64,000 nucleotides of DNA from Ignavibacteriota bacterium (GCA_963776275.1 CAVZMI010000026.1:1-64000), one strand, 5' to 3'. Shown: positions 32,801 through 43,864, numbered from the stretch's first letter. Numbers and translations are program-made. Notes: generated by a model not told the origin, from the letters alone.

Positions 32801-35800
32801 CGCGCCTTCCCAAATCTCCCATCCACAATCGTCGTCCCTGTTGCCGTGCCGTTGTTGCCGTAGCTGCTCGCATCTATCACCGTCGAGCCGCTGGTTTCGT
32901 CCATGTGGAGAAGCAGGACGGTGTTGGCGTCAGCGGTATATTCGCCAGGCAAGGGTACGTATGATGGAGTTGCACTGACCTCATTGCTGTACCCGCTCTC
33001 CAATCCTGCGCTATCCACCGCCGTAATGCGGAAGTAGTAGATTGTGCCGTTCGTGAGTCCTCCAACAGTCCTTGTCGTATCGGAAATGCTTCCTGTAGTC
33101 GAATCGATTTTTGTTGTTGGACTTGACGACGTGCCACCGTAGATGCGATAGCGGAGGAAATCTGATTCGGTGTTCCTGCTCCATTTGAGTGTTACTTGAC
33201 CATTGCCGGCAGTAGCGGTGAGATTCTGTGGGGCAGCTGGAGCGGCATTGCTGCCACCAACTAAATTCCTCAACACAGAAACGGCGCCGGCATTCACCAC
33301 CGCTAAATCAGGCTTCCCATCTCCATCTATATCTCCTATGGCGATACGCCCGGTATATAACCCTGTCGGAAAATCCACCTTCGCGGCAAATGAGACACTG
33401 CCGCTCGTTCCTGTGTTCCTCAACACAGAAACGGTGCTGTCAGAGAAATTCACCACCGCTAAATCAGGCCTCCCATCTCCATCTATATCTCCCATGGCGA
33501 TACAATTGGGATCTGCCCCTGTCGGAAAATTCACATTCGCGGCAAATGAGACACTGCCGCTCGTTCCTGTGTTCCTCAACACCGAAACGGTATTGTTACC
33601 TTGATTCGTCACCGCTAAATCAGGCTTCCCATCTCCATCCATATCTCCTATGGCTATATAATTGGGATATTTCCCTGTCGGAAAATCCACCTTCGCGGCA
33701 AATGAGACACTGCCGCTCGTTCCTGTGTTCCTCAACACAGAAACGGTGTTGTCATTCCAATTCGTCACTGCTAAATCAGGCTTCCCATCTCCATCTAAAT
33801 CACCTATTGCAACGCCATCGGGGCCGCTACCTGTCGCAAAATCCACCTTCGCGGCAAATGAGACACTACCGCTCGTCCCTGTGTTCCTCAACACAGAAAC
33901 GGCGCCGGCATTCACCACCGTTAAATCAGGCTTCCCATCTCTATCTATATCTCCTATGGCGAAATACTCGGTATATTCCCCTGTAGGAAAATCCACCTTC
34001 GCGGCAAATGATACATTGCCGCTCGTTCCTGTGTTCCTTAACACAGAAACGGTGCTGTCATTCCAATTCGTCACTGATAAATCAAGCTTCCCATCTCCAC
34101 CCATATCTCCTATGGCAATATAATGGGGATATGTCCCTGTCGTAAAATCCACCTTCGCGGCAAATGAGGCACTACCGCTCGTTCCTGTGTTTCTCAACAA
34201 AGAAACGGTGTTATCATAAGAATTCGTCACCGCTAGATCAGGCTTGCCATCTCCATCCAAATCACCTATTTTAACATCCCAAGGTGCACCACCAGTTGTA
34301 AAATCCACTTTCACCGCAAATGAGTTAGCATCAATCACACGGCTACTGGGGAATGTCACCGTGAACGGCTTAGTGGAGTACGCTGTCAATCCTATTGTTA
34401 AATCTGTCACCGTAATCGGCTGGTATGTAGCACCGGCCGGAACAGTCGCGCTGAGTGAAGTCGAAGTGGCTGCCGTGACCGTCGCTTTCATCGCACCGAA
34501 ATAGACGATATTGTTTGCGGCAGTCGGATCGAAGTTAGTACCGGTAATGGTAACAATCGTACCGATAGGACACTAAGGTTGGAGTGAAACTTGTAATAGT
34601 GGGTACGCCAAACGGTTTCGCATTCACCTCGTTACTGTACCCGCTCTCTAATCCAGCGCTATCCACTGCTGTGATACGGAAGTAGTAGGTTGTGCCGTTC
34701 GTGAGTCCTCCAACGGTCCTTGTCGTATCGGAAATGCTTCCTGTAGTCGAATCGATTTTTGTTGTGGGACTCGATGATGTGCCGCCGTAAATGTGATAGC
34801 GCAGGAAATCTGATTCTGTGTTCTTGCTCCATTTAAGCGTAACTATTTGATCACCTGAATAAGCGGTGAGGTTTTGCGGAGCGGATGGAGCAGTATTGCT
34901 GCCGATTATCGTATTCCGAAACACCGAAACCGTATTGCTTTGCAGATTTGCTACTGCCATTTCAGACTTCCCATCCCCGTCTATGTCACCAATGGCAACA
35001 CTCCAAGGATATGTGCCTGTTGTGAAGTCAACCTTAGCTGCAAAGGAATTTGCCGTGATCGTCCCTGTAGTGGACGTGTTTTTTAATACCGAAACCGTAT
35101 TGCTGCTAGGGTTTGCTACTGCTAAGTCCGGCTTGCCGTCTCCATCTATATCACCAATGGCGAAACTATGGGGATATGATCCTGTCGTAAAATCTACCTT
35201 CGCATCAAACGAAACGCTCCCGCTTGTGCCTGTGTTCCGAAAGATCGAAACTGTATTGGTTGCGTAATTCACCACAGCAAGATCGGGCTTACCATCGCCA
35301 TCTACATCACCAATGGCGACGTGATAGGGCCTTGACCCTGTCGTAAAATCTACCTTCTCTGCAAACGAGACATTCCCAATTGTGCTGGTATTCTGAAAGA
35401 CCGAGACTGTGCTGTCAGCGTAATCCGTCACAGCAAGATCGGGCTTTCTATCGTCATTTACATCACCAAAGGCGACGTGATAGGGCCTTGACCCTGCCGT
35501 AAAATCCACCCTAGCAAACGAAAGACTCCCGCTTGTGCTCGTGTTCCGAAAGATCGAAACTGTGCTGGTACCGTAATTCGCCACAGCAATATCAGGCTTC
35601 CCATCGCCATCTACATCGTCGATAGCAACGCTATAGGGAGACGTGGGACTTAATCCCGTCGAAAAATCAACCCTCGCAGCAAACGAGACACTCCCACCTG
35701 TGCTAGTGTTCTGCAAGACCGAAACTCTATTTCCCAAACTCGTTACAACAAGATCAAGCTTCCCATCGCCAGTTACATCACCAATGGCGGCACCATCGGC

Positions 35801-36355
35801 ACTTTGAAACCCTGCCGTAAAATCCACATTCGCAGCAAACGAGACACTCCCAATTGTGCCGGTGTTCCGAAAGACCGAAATCGGAAAAAAGTCCCCGCTA
35901 ATGAAATTAGATACTGATAAGTCCGGTTTCCCATCCCCGTCAAGGTCTCCAATGACAATAATATCTGGATAGTTCCCCGTCCCGTAATCTACCTTCGTCG
36001 CAAATGAGGCACTCGTAATGGCTCCTCCGCCAGCAAACGTGACAATGAACGGTTTGCTCGAATATGCCGTGAAACTAAATACTGTCACCGTAATTGGATG
36101 GTATGTTGCCCCTACAGGTACCGTCACACTGAGCGAAGTCGAAGTGGCTGCCGTGATCGTTGCCTTCACCGCACCAAAATAGACGATGTTGTTTGATGGT
36201 GTTGTATCAAAGTTTGTACCGTTGATGGTAACGGCAGTACCAACAGGACCAGACTTAGGATTGAAGTCGGTGATGGTGGGGACTTGCGCCGCAGCGATCT
36301 GCCGCAGGAGTAGCAGAATTATGGAAATGGTGAACAAACATTGTTTGGATTTCAT
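29851..36355 (-). CDS. Giant surface protein: two IPT+FG-GAP propeller+FN3 units, LamG, FN3s and FlgD/T9SS-type C-terminus (frameshift at ~34572)
   Basis: ORFs 34535-36406 and 29851-34491 join at PTITSFTPT/GTIVTITGTNF. LamG WHHIAGAW...IDEIRMS; QNFPNPFNP C-terminus. Confidence 0.85.
33260..34320 (-). repeat. 156-bp intragenic FG-GAP tandem repeats (7 units)
   Basis: Conserved aaatccaccttcgc anchor at 33371, 33527, 33683, 33839, 33989, 34145 and 34301. Confidence 0.9.
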
Positions 36356-36579
36356 AGTTAGAAACCCTAGACAGACTTCCAAAGTTCTATTATGTACAAT
36401 CGCCATTGTCTTTCCTTCCGTTGGAGATAGTCGAGAAAGGGCTAAAGTCCTTCCGAATTATCGGCCTTTTTTGGTTTCTCCGACCTGAAGGTCGGGGCTA
36501 TTTTCGCATTTTTTAGGATGTGTTTATTATTTCGACAAATAATCATGTGATTTTAATCTCTGCTATTACAAGCGTATCA

Positions 36580-38163
36580 CTATTTTTCCATCGTCGTAAT
36601 CGTAATCCGTGTCTCGACCTGCAGTACTTTCGGATTAACCTTCTTCAATCCACGGGTTGTTGCAAGAATATCTGATAAATCTTCTTTTAATATTTCGTAG
36701 TCATCCTGCTGAACTGTCTCAACTTTTTCAAATGGTTCCGTGCGTGCAAATACCTGCAGAAATTCTGCGCCGAATGGCGGGAAACATTCGAACTCTTGAG
36801 GAACCTGATATACTTTATTTACTTTCGTCTCATCGATGTAATGGTTATTCAAGAGCAGCGCTCGTTTGCCATTAGCCAGATGGTAAATAAAGCGGACGTA
36901 ACAGGGCATGTTCACACGCAGAGAAACCGTCAGACGCTCGCCGTTTGTAAAAATCAAGTTCTCGGCCCCTTTGTTCGTCCAGACTTCCAGGTTCAGTCCA
37001 CCATCGATGACTTCTCCGGTGTTAAATTCTTTTTGGTCCGCAAACGCCTCTTTGAAGTTCTGTGGTTTGATACTGAGATTTGATGCCTGGATGACTGATG
37101 TCGGGGCGATATGTTCCGTGCTCGCGATGATTCGTGCATCGGACACCTGGCGGACAATAGCCTGGAACTTCACTTCATTGGGCATTTCCCAATATGTACC
37201 GCTCAGGACGTATTCAGCGCCGCTTGCCTGTGCGTATTCGCGGCCAACGTCCCGCGTCTTTGGCTGGAACTCCGCCGTTTGCTGGACAATCGACCACTGT
37301 GCAAGCTCCACCAGCTGGACTTCAAGCGCTTGTTTAAAATAGCGCGAGAACGGACTTCCAAGCCGTGTATCCTGATACATGAATGGAACGACCATGACGG
37401 TTTTCCCCGGAATCCTCGTCTGATTTTTCAACATGTAAGCAATACACCATGCTATTTCATCAATCGTATCCACCGGCCGTTGAATGAGTCGTGTCACTGC
37501 CTGCTGAACCTCAATGGAGCTCACGATATTGGTCGCGGTCGAATCCTCGAGTTCGGCAAATGCTTTTGTCACATTCGATTCCGATGCAGAAATTATTGCC
37601 ATCGCTTCTTCAATTTTTCGCGTTAGTGGATAGCAGGCAAGATACTCATTGAGGGCTTGAGTTCGCTGCTTTGCATCTTCGAATTTCCTGCCTTGCGCGA
37701 GGTGTCCTTGTATTTCTTTCCGCAGGTTTTTTGTTTTCTCTCGATTTGCGTCGGTCACCTGTTCTCTATTGATAAATGCAAACCCATAGGCAATTTCATC
37801 GTCGTCGTCATAGTACGATTCGGTCTGGAGTCCGTCCAGCTCCAGGTTCGAGCTTGTCTGGATGACATTCGTATAATAACTGCCGATTTTTTCGTTGGTC
37901 TCCCGCGTCTCGGAATTCGCGACGCTCTGCACCCGTACCCGAATTTTTTCGATGAGAGTTTTTCGCGCTCTATCGACTGCAAGCTGCAGGCACTGCGCCT
38001 GATTTTCCTCTTTGTCGAGCTTTGCCATACCGAAACCTGTAATATAGAGCTGCTCCGGGTAGCGGACACTCTTTCCGAGGTTCTTGACCCATTCGGGTGT
38101 TTCGGCAGTAATAGACCCACTCAAGAGCATTGAAAGACTTAAAGAAAGAAATGTGACTCTCAT
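36580..38163 (-). CDS. Secreted LPP20-like, FlgO-like and DUF4384 domain protein
   Basis: PEWV...YITGFG (LPP20); VMVVPF...SPFSRYF...VLSGTYW (FlgO-like); FTNGERLTVSLRVNMPCYV...PPFGAE (DUF4384). Confidence 0.7.
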   Translation of the reverse strand: MRVTFLSLSLSMLLSGSITAETPEWVKNLGKSVRYPEQLYITGFGMAKLDKEENQAQCLQLAVDRARKTLIEKIRVRVQSVANSETRETNEKIGSYYTNVIQTSSNLELDGLQTESYYDDDDEIAYGFAFINREQVTDANREKTKNLRKEIQGHLAQGRKFEDAKQRTQALNEYLACYPLTRKIEEAMAIISASESNVTKAFAELEDSTATNIVSSIEVQQAVTRLIQRPVDTIDEIAWCIAYMLKNQTRIPGKTVMVVPFMYQDTRLGSPFSRYFKQALEVQLVELAQWSIVQQTAEFQPKTRDVGREYAQASGAEYVLSGTYWEMPNEVKFQAIVRQVSDARIIASTEHIAPTSVIQASNLSIKPQNFKEAFADQKEFNTGEVIDGGLNLEVWTNKGAENLIFTNGERLTVSLRVNMPCYVRFIYHLANGKRALLLNNHYIDETKVNKVYQVPQEFECFPPFGAEFLQVFARTEPFEKVETVQQDDYEILKEDLSDILATTRGLKKVNPKVLQVETRITITTMEK

Positions 38164-38332
38164 AATGAATCCTTTTTAGAAAAAATAAACCACAAAGTTC
38201 ACAGAGAACATTATATATTGCTAACTCTGAGGTCACAGAGATGAAATTCTTCTTCGTGTTCTCATCAATCGCATTACAAATAAAACTTTGCGTCCTCCGT
38301 GTTTACCTAAAAAGTCATAGAAAAAAGAAAAG

Positions 38333-39814
38333 CTAATCGATAATTTGAATAACGTCTGGCATTATGTTTCTAAAATCCGGCATACACATCCCATATTGTG
38401 CATTCTCGTATGTCGGATCGCAGATCGTGTACGTCTTCCCCTGATATATCAGATTGTCGCCGCCAACATCGCTGTTGAATTTCACCGCCGCGGCGACATG
38501 GTTCGGATAATTCAGTCCGATCACATCGAGACCGAGAAGCTTTCGAGTTATATATGCAAAAAGAACCGCGCGATCTTCACAATCGGAGAAAGGATAATAT
38601 AAAGTTTCATCGGGATAAAAAGGTTTTTCTCTCCCAAACTGCTCCTGATCGGTTTTATATGCGAAAGCAGTCTGTACAAATCGAAGCAGGAGATTCACGG
38701 CTTCCGTTTCGGTTTTCCCCTGAACAAACGGCTTGAGTTGTGTCAGAAGCGATGTTGCCGCCGCCTCGGAAGGCGATGCATTAAAATACAAAGTAAAATC
38801 GGTCTGCGGATACCATTCAAAGAATTCAACATCGCTCTTGTTAAACTGTACGGTAAGTACATGTTCTTCACCGATGTAGGAAAATTTCAACTTCTTCGTG
38901 CCGGTAATATTTTTAATATTCGGTGGATTACCGATGGCAAACTCTATTGCCTTCGTCGCATCGGGATAATCCTGATCATAGCTCTTGATCGATTCAACAG
39001 CAGGCTTTTCTGCAGGATCGAAAATCACTGCATAGAATCGTAACCGGGATTTTCCCAGAATATAATACGGAAGGTTATATAATTTATGAGAAGTGGGGAG
39101 TAGAAAAGAAATTTTGTCTCCATTATACCCCACTTTCGCCTGATAACCGGATTTCGCCAGCATGAACCACACAAACATCTTGCATTCATTATGCGCTTCG
39201 GCAAAGATCCGCCCTGCAATTGAATTGAGTAAAACACAATATCCCCAGTCGTTGAGCTTCATCCGATCCCTGTAGAATTGTGTCTGTTTAAGCAGACTCT
39301 GATAATCGGACTTGCTCAGCATCTCCCAGAAACTGCTGATGTATTTTTCATCGAGAGATCCATCCGGTTTCGATTTAATCGCTCGATCATAGCTTATTGG
39401 AATCGTAGCTTCAAAGAAACTCAGATCGACATTCTCTTGATTGTCCTTTAAATCGGGATTGGGCATTTTTACCGTCTCCGCAGGAGGTGTTGTTTTTGGG
39501 ATCTCTACATCCCGCACAATCACACGCTTCTCGGTCGAATTTTCTTTTGGAGATTCAGATAGCGGAGTGGCAACAGGCAGTCTTGATGGTTTGGGCACAT
39601 CGAAGGTTGTCGAGCCCTGGAGAGCCTGAAATTCCTTCCATTCCTTCTTCAGAAATTCGGTAAATGCCTGATCACGCTCATCTTTCCATTGCTGGAGTTT
39701 CTGCTCTTCCTGTTTTTTCCATTTTTCATAATTGTCCTGGGCTTGAGCTATACTCCATATAGAAAGAAAGGCAGAGAGAATAAAGGCGTATTCTTTTACT
39801 CTCGAGAATATCAT
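38333..39814 (-). CDS. Secreted transglutaminase-like (papain-fold) protein
   Basis: Signal peptide; FVQTAFAYKTD; DCEDRA (Cys), NHVAAAV (His), CDPTY (Asp). Confidence 0.7.
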   Translation of the reverse strand: MIFSRVKEYAFILSAFLSIWSIAQAQDNYEKWKKQEEQKLQQWKDERDQAFTEFLKKEWKEFQALQGSTTFDVPKPSRLPVATPLSESPKENSTEKRVIVRDVEIPKTTPPAETVKMPNPDLKDNQENVDLSFFEATIPISYDRAIKSKPDGSLDEKYISSFWEMLSKSDYQSLLKQTQFYRDRMKLNDWGYCVLLNSIAGRIFAEAHNECKMFVWFMLAKSGYQAKVGYNGDKISFLLPTSHKLYNLPYYILGKSRLRFYAVIFDPAEKPAVESIKSYDQDYPDATKAIEFAIGNPPNIKNITGTKKLKFSYIGEEHVLTVQFNKSDVEFFEWYPQTDFTLYFNASPSEAAATSLLTQLKPFVQGKTETEAVNLLLRFVQTAFAYKTDQEQFGREKPFYPDETLYYPFSDCEDRAVLFAYITRKLLGLDVIGLNYPNHVAAAVKFNSDVGGDNLIYQGKTYTICDPTYENAQYGMCMPDFRNIMPDVIQIID

Positions 39815-39931
39815 TGAAAACCTCTTGATAGCGAGTCTGAAATAGTTGCTGCTGTTGGACATCGGGATAGTTTGTAGTTAACCCCTCGATATACTCGGGG
39901 CATGCCAGTCGGACCACATCCCGTCCTACAT

Positions 39932-42442
39932 TTATTTCACGACACTTAACGGTAAATCATTGTCGAATTTCCCACTTAGATTTGGATGCTGTTTCCCTCC
40001 GGTATCATCGGCAACCTTTCGATAAACATATTCATATACCTCGCGAATCGTGATGAGGCCATTTTTATTGTTGTCGGCTTCTCCTGACAGACCGCGGATG
40101 AGATAGTGTGTAAATGCACCATGTCCTTCCCAGCTCTGGCCTTCCTGTGAAAATTCGCTGGCGCTCGACGCGCTGAGTATGGCAATCCCGTCGCGAACCT
40201 GTCCGAGCTCCTGTAAAAGCTTGTTTGTCAGCGTTGCATACGAGCCCCGTTGAGCGATGTTCGGTGCAAGCCCGACACCCCCCGAATGACAGGCATCAAC
40301 GATCAGGACGACCTTCTTCGCACGTGCCGTAGAGATAGCCTTTTGGATATCCAGTTGTGAGATACCAGTACCGATAATATTTTCCTGTTGCGAGTCATAG
40401 CAAAGAAAATAGATTTCATTGGTTACCTCATCCGGTACGCCGTGACATGCGAGATAAATAATGACTTCATCATCATCAAACGCGAGTCGAAGCTTTTCAT
40501 TGATAGCGCGCAGCACCTCCGCCCGTGTCGCGTTACGGTTCGTCAGGAACGCAATATGGTCGTCCGGTACCGCTCCACCCAGCGGACTCTTCAACAATCC
40601 ATAGATCGATTGGGCATCTCGATCTGCAAACGCCAATCGAAGATCCCTTGCATCATACTGCGATATGCCGACAATCACCGCCCAAATACTTGGTAATTTA
40701 TGAGTCGGTACTGTTTCAGTCACGGCCGGCAAGGTCCGTTGAATCTCGATAGTCCGTCTTGCAACATTGCCGTACAGGTCGACTGCACGAATTTCGACGG
40801 TATTTTTCCCGGGAGCAAGCATACCTTCGCCCACAAACTTCACCACTTTCCCTGTAAGTTGATATTGCGCAATTTCTGATTGAGATGGTTCAGAAAGCTG
40901 GGCATCCATTCCATTAACATAGACGACACTCACACCCTGCGAATCGCTCGCCAAACCTGAGATTTGACAAACGTATGAATCGGTTTGTAATTCCTCTATC
41001 CCACGCGTCGGTTGCGGGGAGAGAATGGTAATCTGAGGCGGAATAGCATCCCGGACAAAAGGCTGACGGGGTAATGGTGTTCTTTCCGCCTCTTTATCAC
41101 TCAGTGATTCTCTTCTGAAATATTCTTTCATTAAGTAACCGGCATCTTGAACTGCTACTTTCTCGTTCACGAAGTTCTGCAATTCGGTTTGAGCCAGCAT
41201 ACGATCAGCCGAAGAACCGAATGAAAGGTACTTCTTTAATTGTCTTTCAGCATTCGATGCATCCCCACCGAGTAGATATGATAAGGAGATCTGAAGGACC
41301 AGAGAAAGACTGTCGGGATGCTCGGCAGACGCCTGTCTATACAATGCGACTGCTTTCTGTGATGATTCCTCGCGCTTCCCCTGTTCCACAATGTGTGAAT
41401 AATATTTTGCTTTCAGATACCACCAATCCGCGTTCGATTCGGCAGCCTGCAGTATATCCCGCATCCACGATCGATCTTCTAATAGTCGAATCCCTTGTTG
41501 GTAGTCTCCTTTTCGATAAACCATGCTTAAGAATTCATATTTTGCCGGAGCAAACTCCGGTTTCATTTCAACGATTCGGTTCAGCAACTCAATTGCCTTA
41601 TCTGTTATTCCCCATTCCTCATATTTTCTCGCCAGATCGAAGCATGCCGTGATGTGTGCGTCACTAATTGTTTTCAAAGGAGGGAGTATAACCTGTGGAT
41701 CGACATCCTTTTCCTCTTCGATATGGAGTCGAATCAGTGCCACATAATTCTCAGATGCATTGGGATTTGCTTTAAACATTATTGTTAACAGTCTCTCCGA
41801 TTCCTCGAAATATTTTTTCTTTAAAAGCTGCGCGATAAGATTGTTGAATCCCTCTGTGGTCATGCTATTCATTTTTTCCAATACATCGATATACTTCCGT
41901 ATATCATCCAATGTATTCTCACGAAGAGCGAGTTCACAGAGTCTGAGGATAGGGAGTGGATCGTTCGGGTATTTTCGGGCATAGTCAGCCCATATTTTTT
42001 TCCCCTCTTTGTTATCACCCTGCATAGCATTAACTAAGGCGAGCTCTTCGGGTGGAAGAAAAGTCTTGATCTCAGGATACGTACGGAGCAGTTCACAAGC
42101 TTCACTTTCCCGGCCGAGTTTCAAAAGTACTGCTACCAGGCGAATCCCGCTCGACTTTCGATTATAATTCAATTTCATCGCGTATGTAAATGATTCAGCC
42201 GCTTTATCATATCTCTCAGCATTTTCATAGGCGATTCCGATGATAAAATAGGCCTGAGGTTTAATCGTTGAATCTTTACTCATCGCACTACGAAGGGCCT
42301 CTATTGCCTCCTCATATTTTCCCTCATTCAATAATCGCGCACCTCTATCAAACAATTCGTTCGCGGATTGTGAGGCAAGCGAATGTATCATTGCCGTAAG
42401 AAACAAGAATAATAAACCCGCACGTAGTAAATACGTTTTCAT
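39932..42442 (-). CDS. Secreted TPR, Ig-like and caspase family protein
   Basis: Signal peptide; many TPRs; DAIPPQITILSP Ig domain; LACHG and VDACHSGG. Confidence 0.85.
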   Translation of the reverse strand: MKTYLLRAGLLFLFLTAMIHSLASQSANELFDRGARLLNEGKYEEAIEALRSAMSKDSTIKPQAYFIIGIAYENAERYDKAAESFTYAMKLNYNRKSSGIRLVAVLLKLGRESEACELLRTYPEIKTFLPPEELALVNAMQGDNKEGKKIWADYARKYPNDPLPILRLCELALRENTLDDIRKYIDVLEKMNSMTTEGFNNLIAQLLKKKYFEESERLLTIMFKANPNASENYVALIRLHIEEEKDVDPQVILPPLKTISDAHITACFDLARKYEEWGITDKAIELLNRIVEMKPEFAPAKYEFLSMVYRKGDYQQGIRLLEDRSWMRDILQAAESNADWWYLKAKYYSHIVEQGKREESSQKAVALYRQASAEHPDSLSLVLQISLSYLLGGDASNAERQLKKYLSFGSSADRMLAQTELQNFVNEKVAVQDAGYLMKEYFRRESLSDKEAERTPLPRQPFVRDAIPPQITILSPQPTRGIEELQTDSYVCQISGLASDSQGVSVVYVNGMDAQLSEPSQSEIAQYQLTGKVVKFVGEGMLAPGKNTVEIRAVDLYGNVARRTIEIQRTLPAVTETVPTHKLPSIWAVIVGISQYDARDLRLAFADRDAQSIYGLLKSPLGGAVPDDHIAFLTNRNATRAEVLRAINEKLRLAFDDDEVIIYLACHGVPDEVTNEIYFLCYDSQQENIIGTGISQLDIQKAISTARAKKVVLIVDACHSGGVGLAPNIAQRGSYATLTNKLLQELGQVRDGIAILSASSASEFSQEGQSWEGHGAFTHYLIRGLSGEADNNKNGLITIREVYEYVYRKVADDTGGKQHPNLSGKFDNDLPLSVVK

Positions 42443-42457
42443 AGTTTCACCCTTCTA

Positions 42458-43198
42458 TTACCGAATTGGCATTTTTAACAGCACATAAAAGATCCCTTTA
42501 TTCACATCCCGCCACCTTGATATAACTTCGATATTTTTCAGAGATATTGATAATTCCTCGTTTTGTATCTCTTGCCCTTGCCGGCCCATTTTCTGCAGCG
42601 CCTTGATATCGACATACACACTCCGTGCAAGGTTCCGCCGTGCCATTCTCTCAGCTTCGATCCATGAGCTCGTCTCATAAAAATACTTTGGAGCCATGCC
42701 CACGGCGTAGATATACTCTGAATCGGACGGCAATACCCCAATCCATTGCGGCACCACGGTCAATTGCTTCGATTCGATCGGCTCTTTGATCTCGGTCCCG
42801 GAACTATCGGATGAGCTCAAGAGCACAAGGACGATAGATCGTGAAATGTACTTCTTAATAACTTTTAACTTCTTCGCGGCCGTTTCGACTGCCGATGTAT
42901 CAAACCGTTCCTTAAAATTCTCACCCATCCAGAATGTACCGATTTCGGTACTCCAAAATGCCTGTCCGCCAGCGATGGAACACCGCTGCTGGCGGACATA
43001 ATTTTCCATACCGTTTCGGACGGCTTCTGCGACAGCCGAATCCGGATAGTAAGAGGGATTTGCATACCCCACAGCGATTTCCTTACACAGGATGTCTCCC
43101 TGATGAACAAACCATTTTGGATATGGCTGTGCCCCAAGTCCTTGTGCCAGAAGCGTCAGCAGACCTGCGATCCGGAGCGGCCTAGTAATCGATTTCAT
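42458..43198 (-). CDS. LPP20-like exported protein (two LPP20-like repeats)
   Basis: PKWF...AVGYA and PQWI...IYAVGMA...AERMARRNLA. ATGA overlap with the upstream gene. Confidence 0.6.
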   Translation of the reverse strand: MKSITRPLRIAGLLTLLAQGLGAQPYPKWFVHQGDILCKEIAVGYANPSYYPDSAVAEAVRNGMENYVRQQRCSIAGGQAFWSTEIGTFWMGENFKERFDTSAVETAAKKLKVIKKYISRSIVLVLLSSSDSSGTEIKEPIESKQLTVVPQWIGVLPSDSEYIYAVGMAPKYFYETSSWIEAERMARRNLARSVYVDIKALQKMGRQGQEIQNEELSISLKNIEVISRWRDVNKGIFYVLLKMPIR

Positions 43199-43779
43199 TT
43201 GACTTCTTGCTGTTTTTCCTGATTCTTCTTCCAATCTTCATATTTCTGCACTTCATCATCAAGTTCTTTGAACGTCTCTGAGGCGCGGAAGCGCGTGTAC
43301 ATTTGTTCGTTCTTTTTGATTTGTTCTCTCAACGCTTCACTCGCGGCCCCTATCGGGTATTGAACCAGTACGTATGCCCTCCAATTATCGCCGTCCTTGA
43401 CCGTTTCTTGTTTCCCTATCCGGCTTCCGGACAGGCTGGTCGATACAACCGTTTTTGTCGCTTGTGAAAACATTTGAAGCAGTTGTGCGTCTTTTCCGAG
43501 TCCGGTCTCTTCGTCGAATTTCTTCTGCAACCCGCTAACCTTCGTCTCGACCTGCCGACCTATTTCACCCCGTGCGTTCGTCGCCGCCTTATCGATCGCC
43601 AGCTGCAGATCCTGCAACGTCGCGCTGCTCGCGGCAAACATATAGTTGGGATCCTGAGGTGGATTGGAATACCATTCGGGGATGTTGCCTGCGGCTGTTG
43701 ACTGCATCGTTTTTGGACCGCCGCAACCGATAAACAACACCACTATGAGAATTGAGCATAAGAATAATAATTTCGTCAT
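43195..43779 (-). CDS. LPP20 family lipoprotein
   Basis: Lipobox FIGC; IPEWYSNPPQDPNYMFAA; AIDKAATNARGEIGRQVETKV. Confidence 0.8.
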   Translation of the reverse strand: MTKLLFLCSILIVVLFIGCGGPKTMQSTAAGNIPEWYSNPPQDPNYMFAASSATLQDLQLAIDKAATNARGEIGRQVETKVSGLQKKFDEETGLGKDAQLLQMFSQATKTVVSTSLSGSRIGKQETVKDGDNWRAYVLVQYPIGAASEALREQIKKNEQMYTRFRASETFKELDDEVQKYEDWKKNQEKQQEVK

Positions 43780-43864
43780 ATAACCTCCGTGAAATGAGTA
43801 ATTGAATTAGTTATGGAATGGAAAACGAAATCGATATATTTTTCTATCGTCGTGATGGATGACC

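Noticed and set aside
33203-34504. Long plus-strand ORFs over the FG-GAP region, and others such as 50789-51730 and 2758-3453
   Set aside because: They are antisense shadows of well-supported minus-strand genes.
21450-36000. CRISPR-like or DGR-like origin of the repeat-plus-variable-segment pattern
   Set aside because: These are in-frame coding FG-GAP blades, and I saw no adenine-template bias in the differences.
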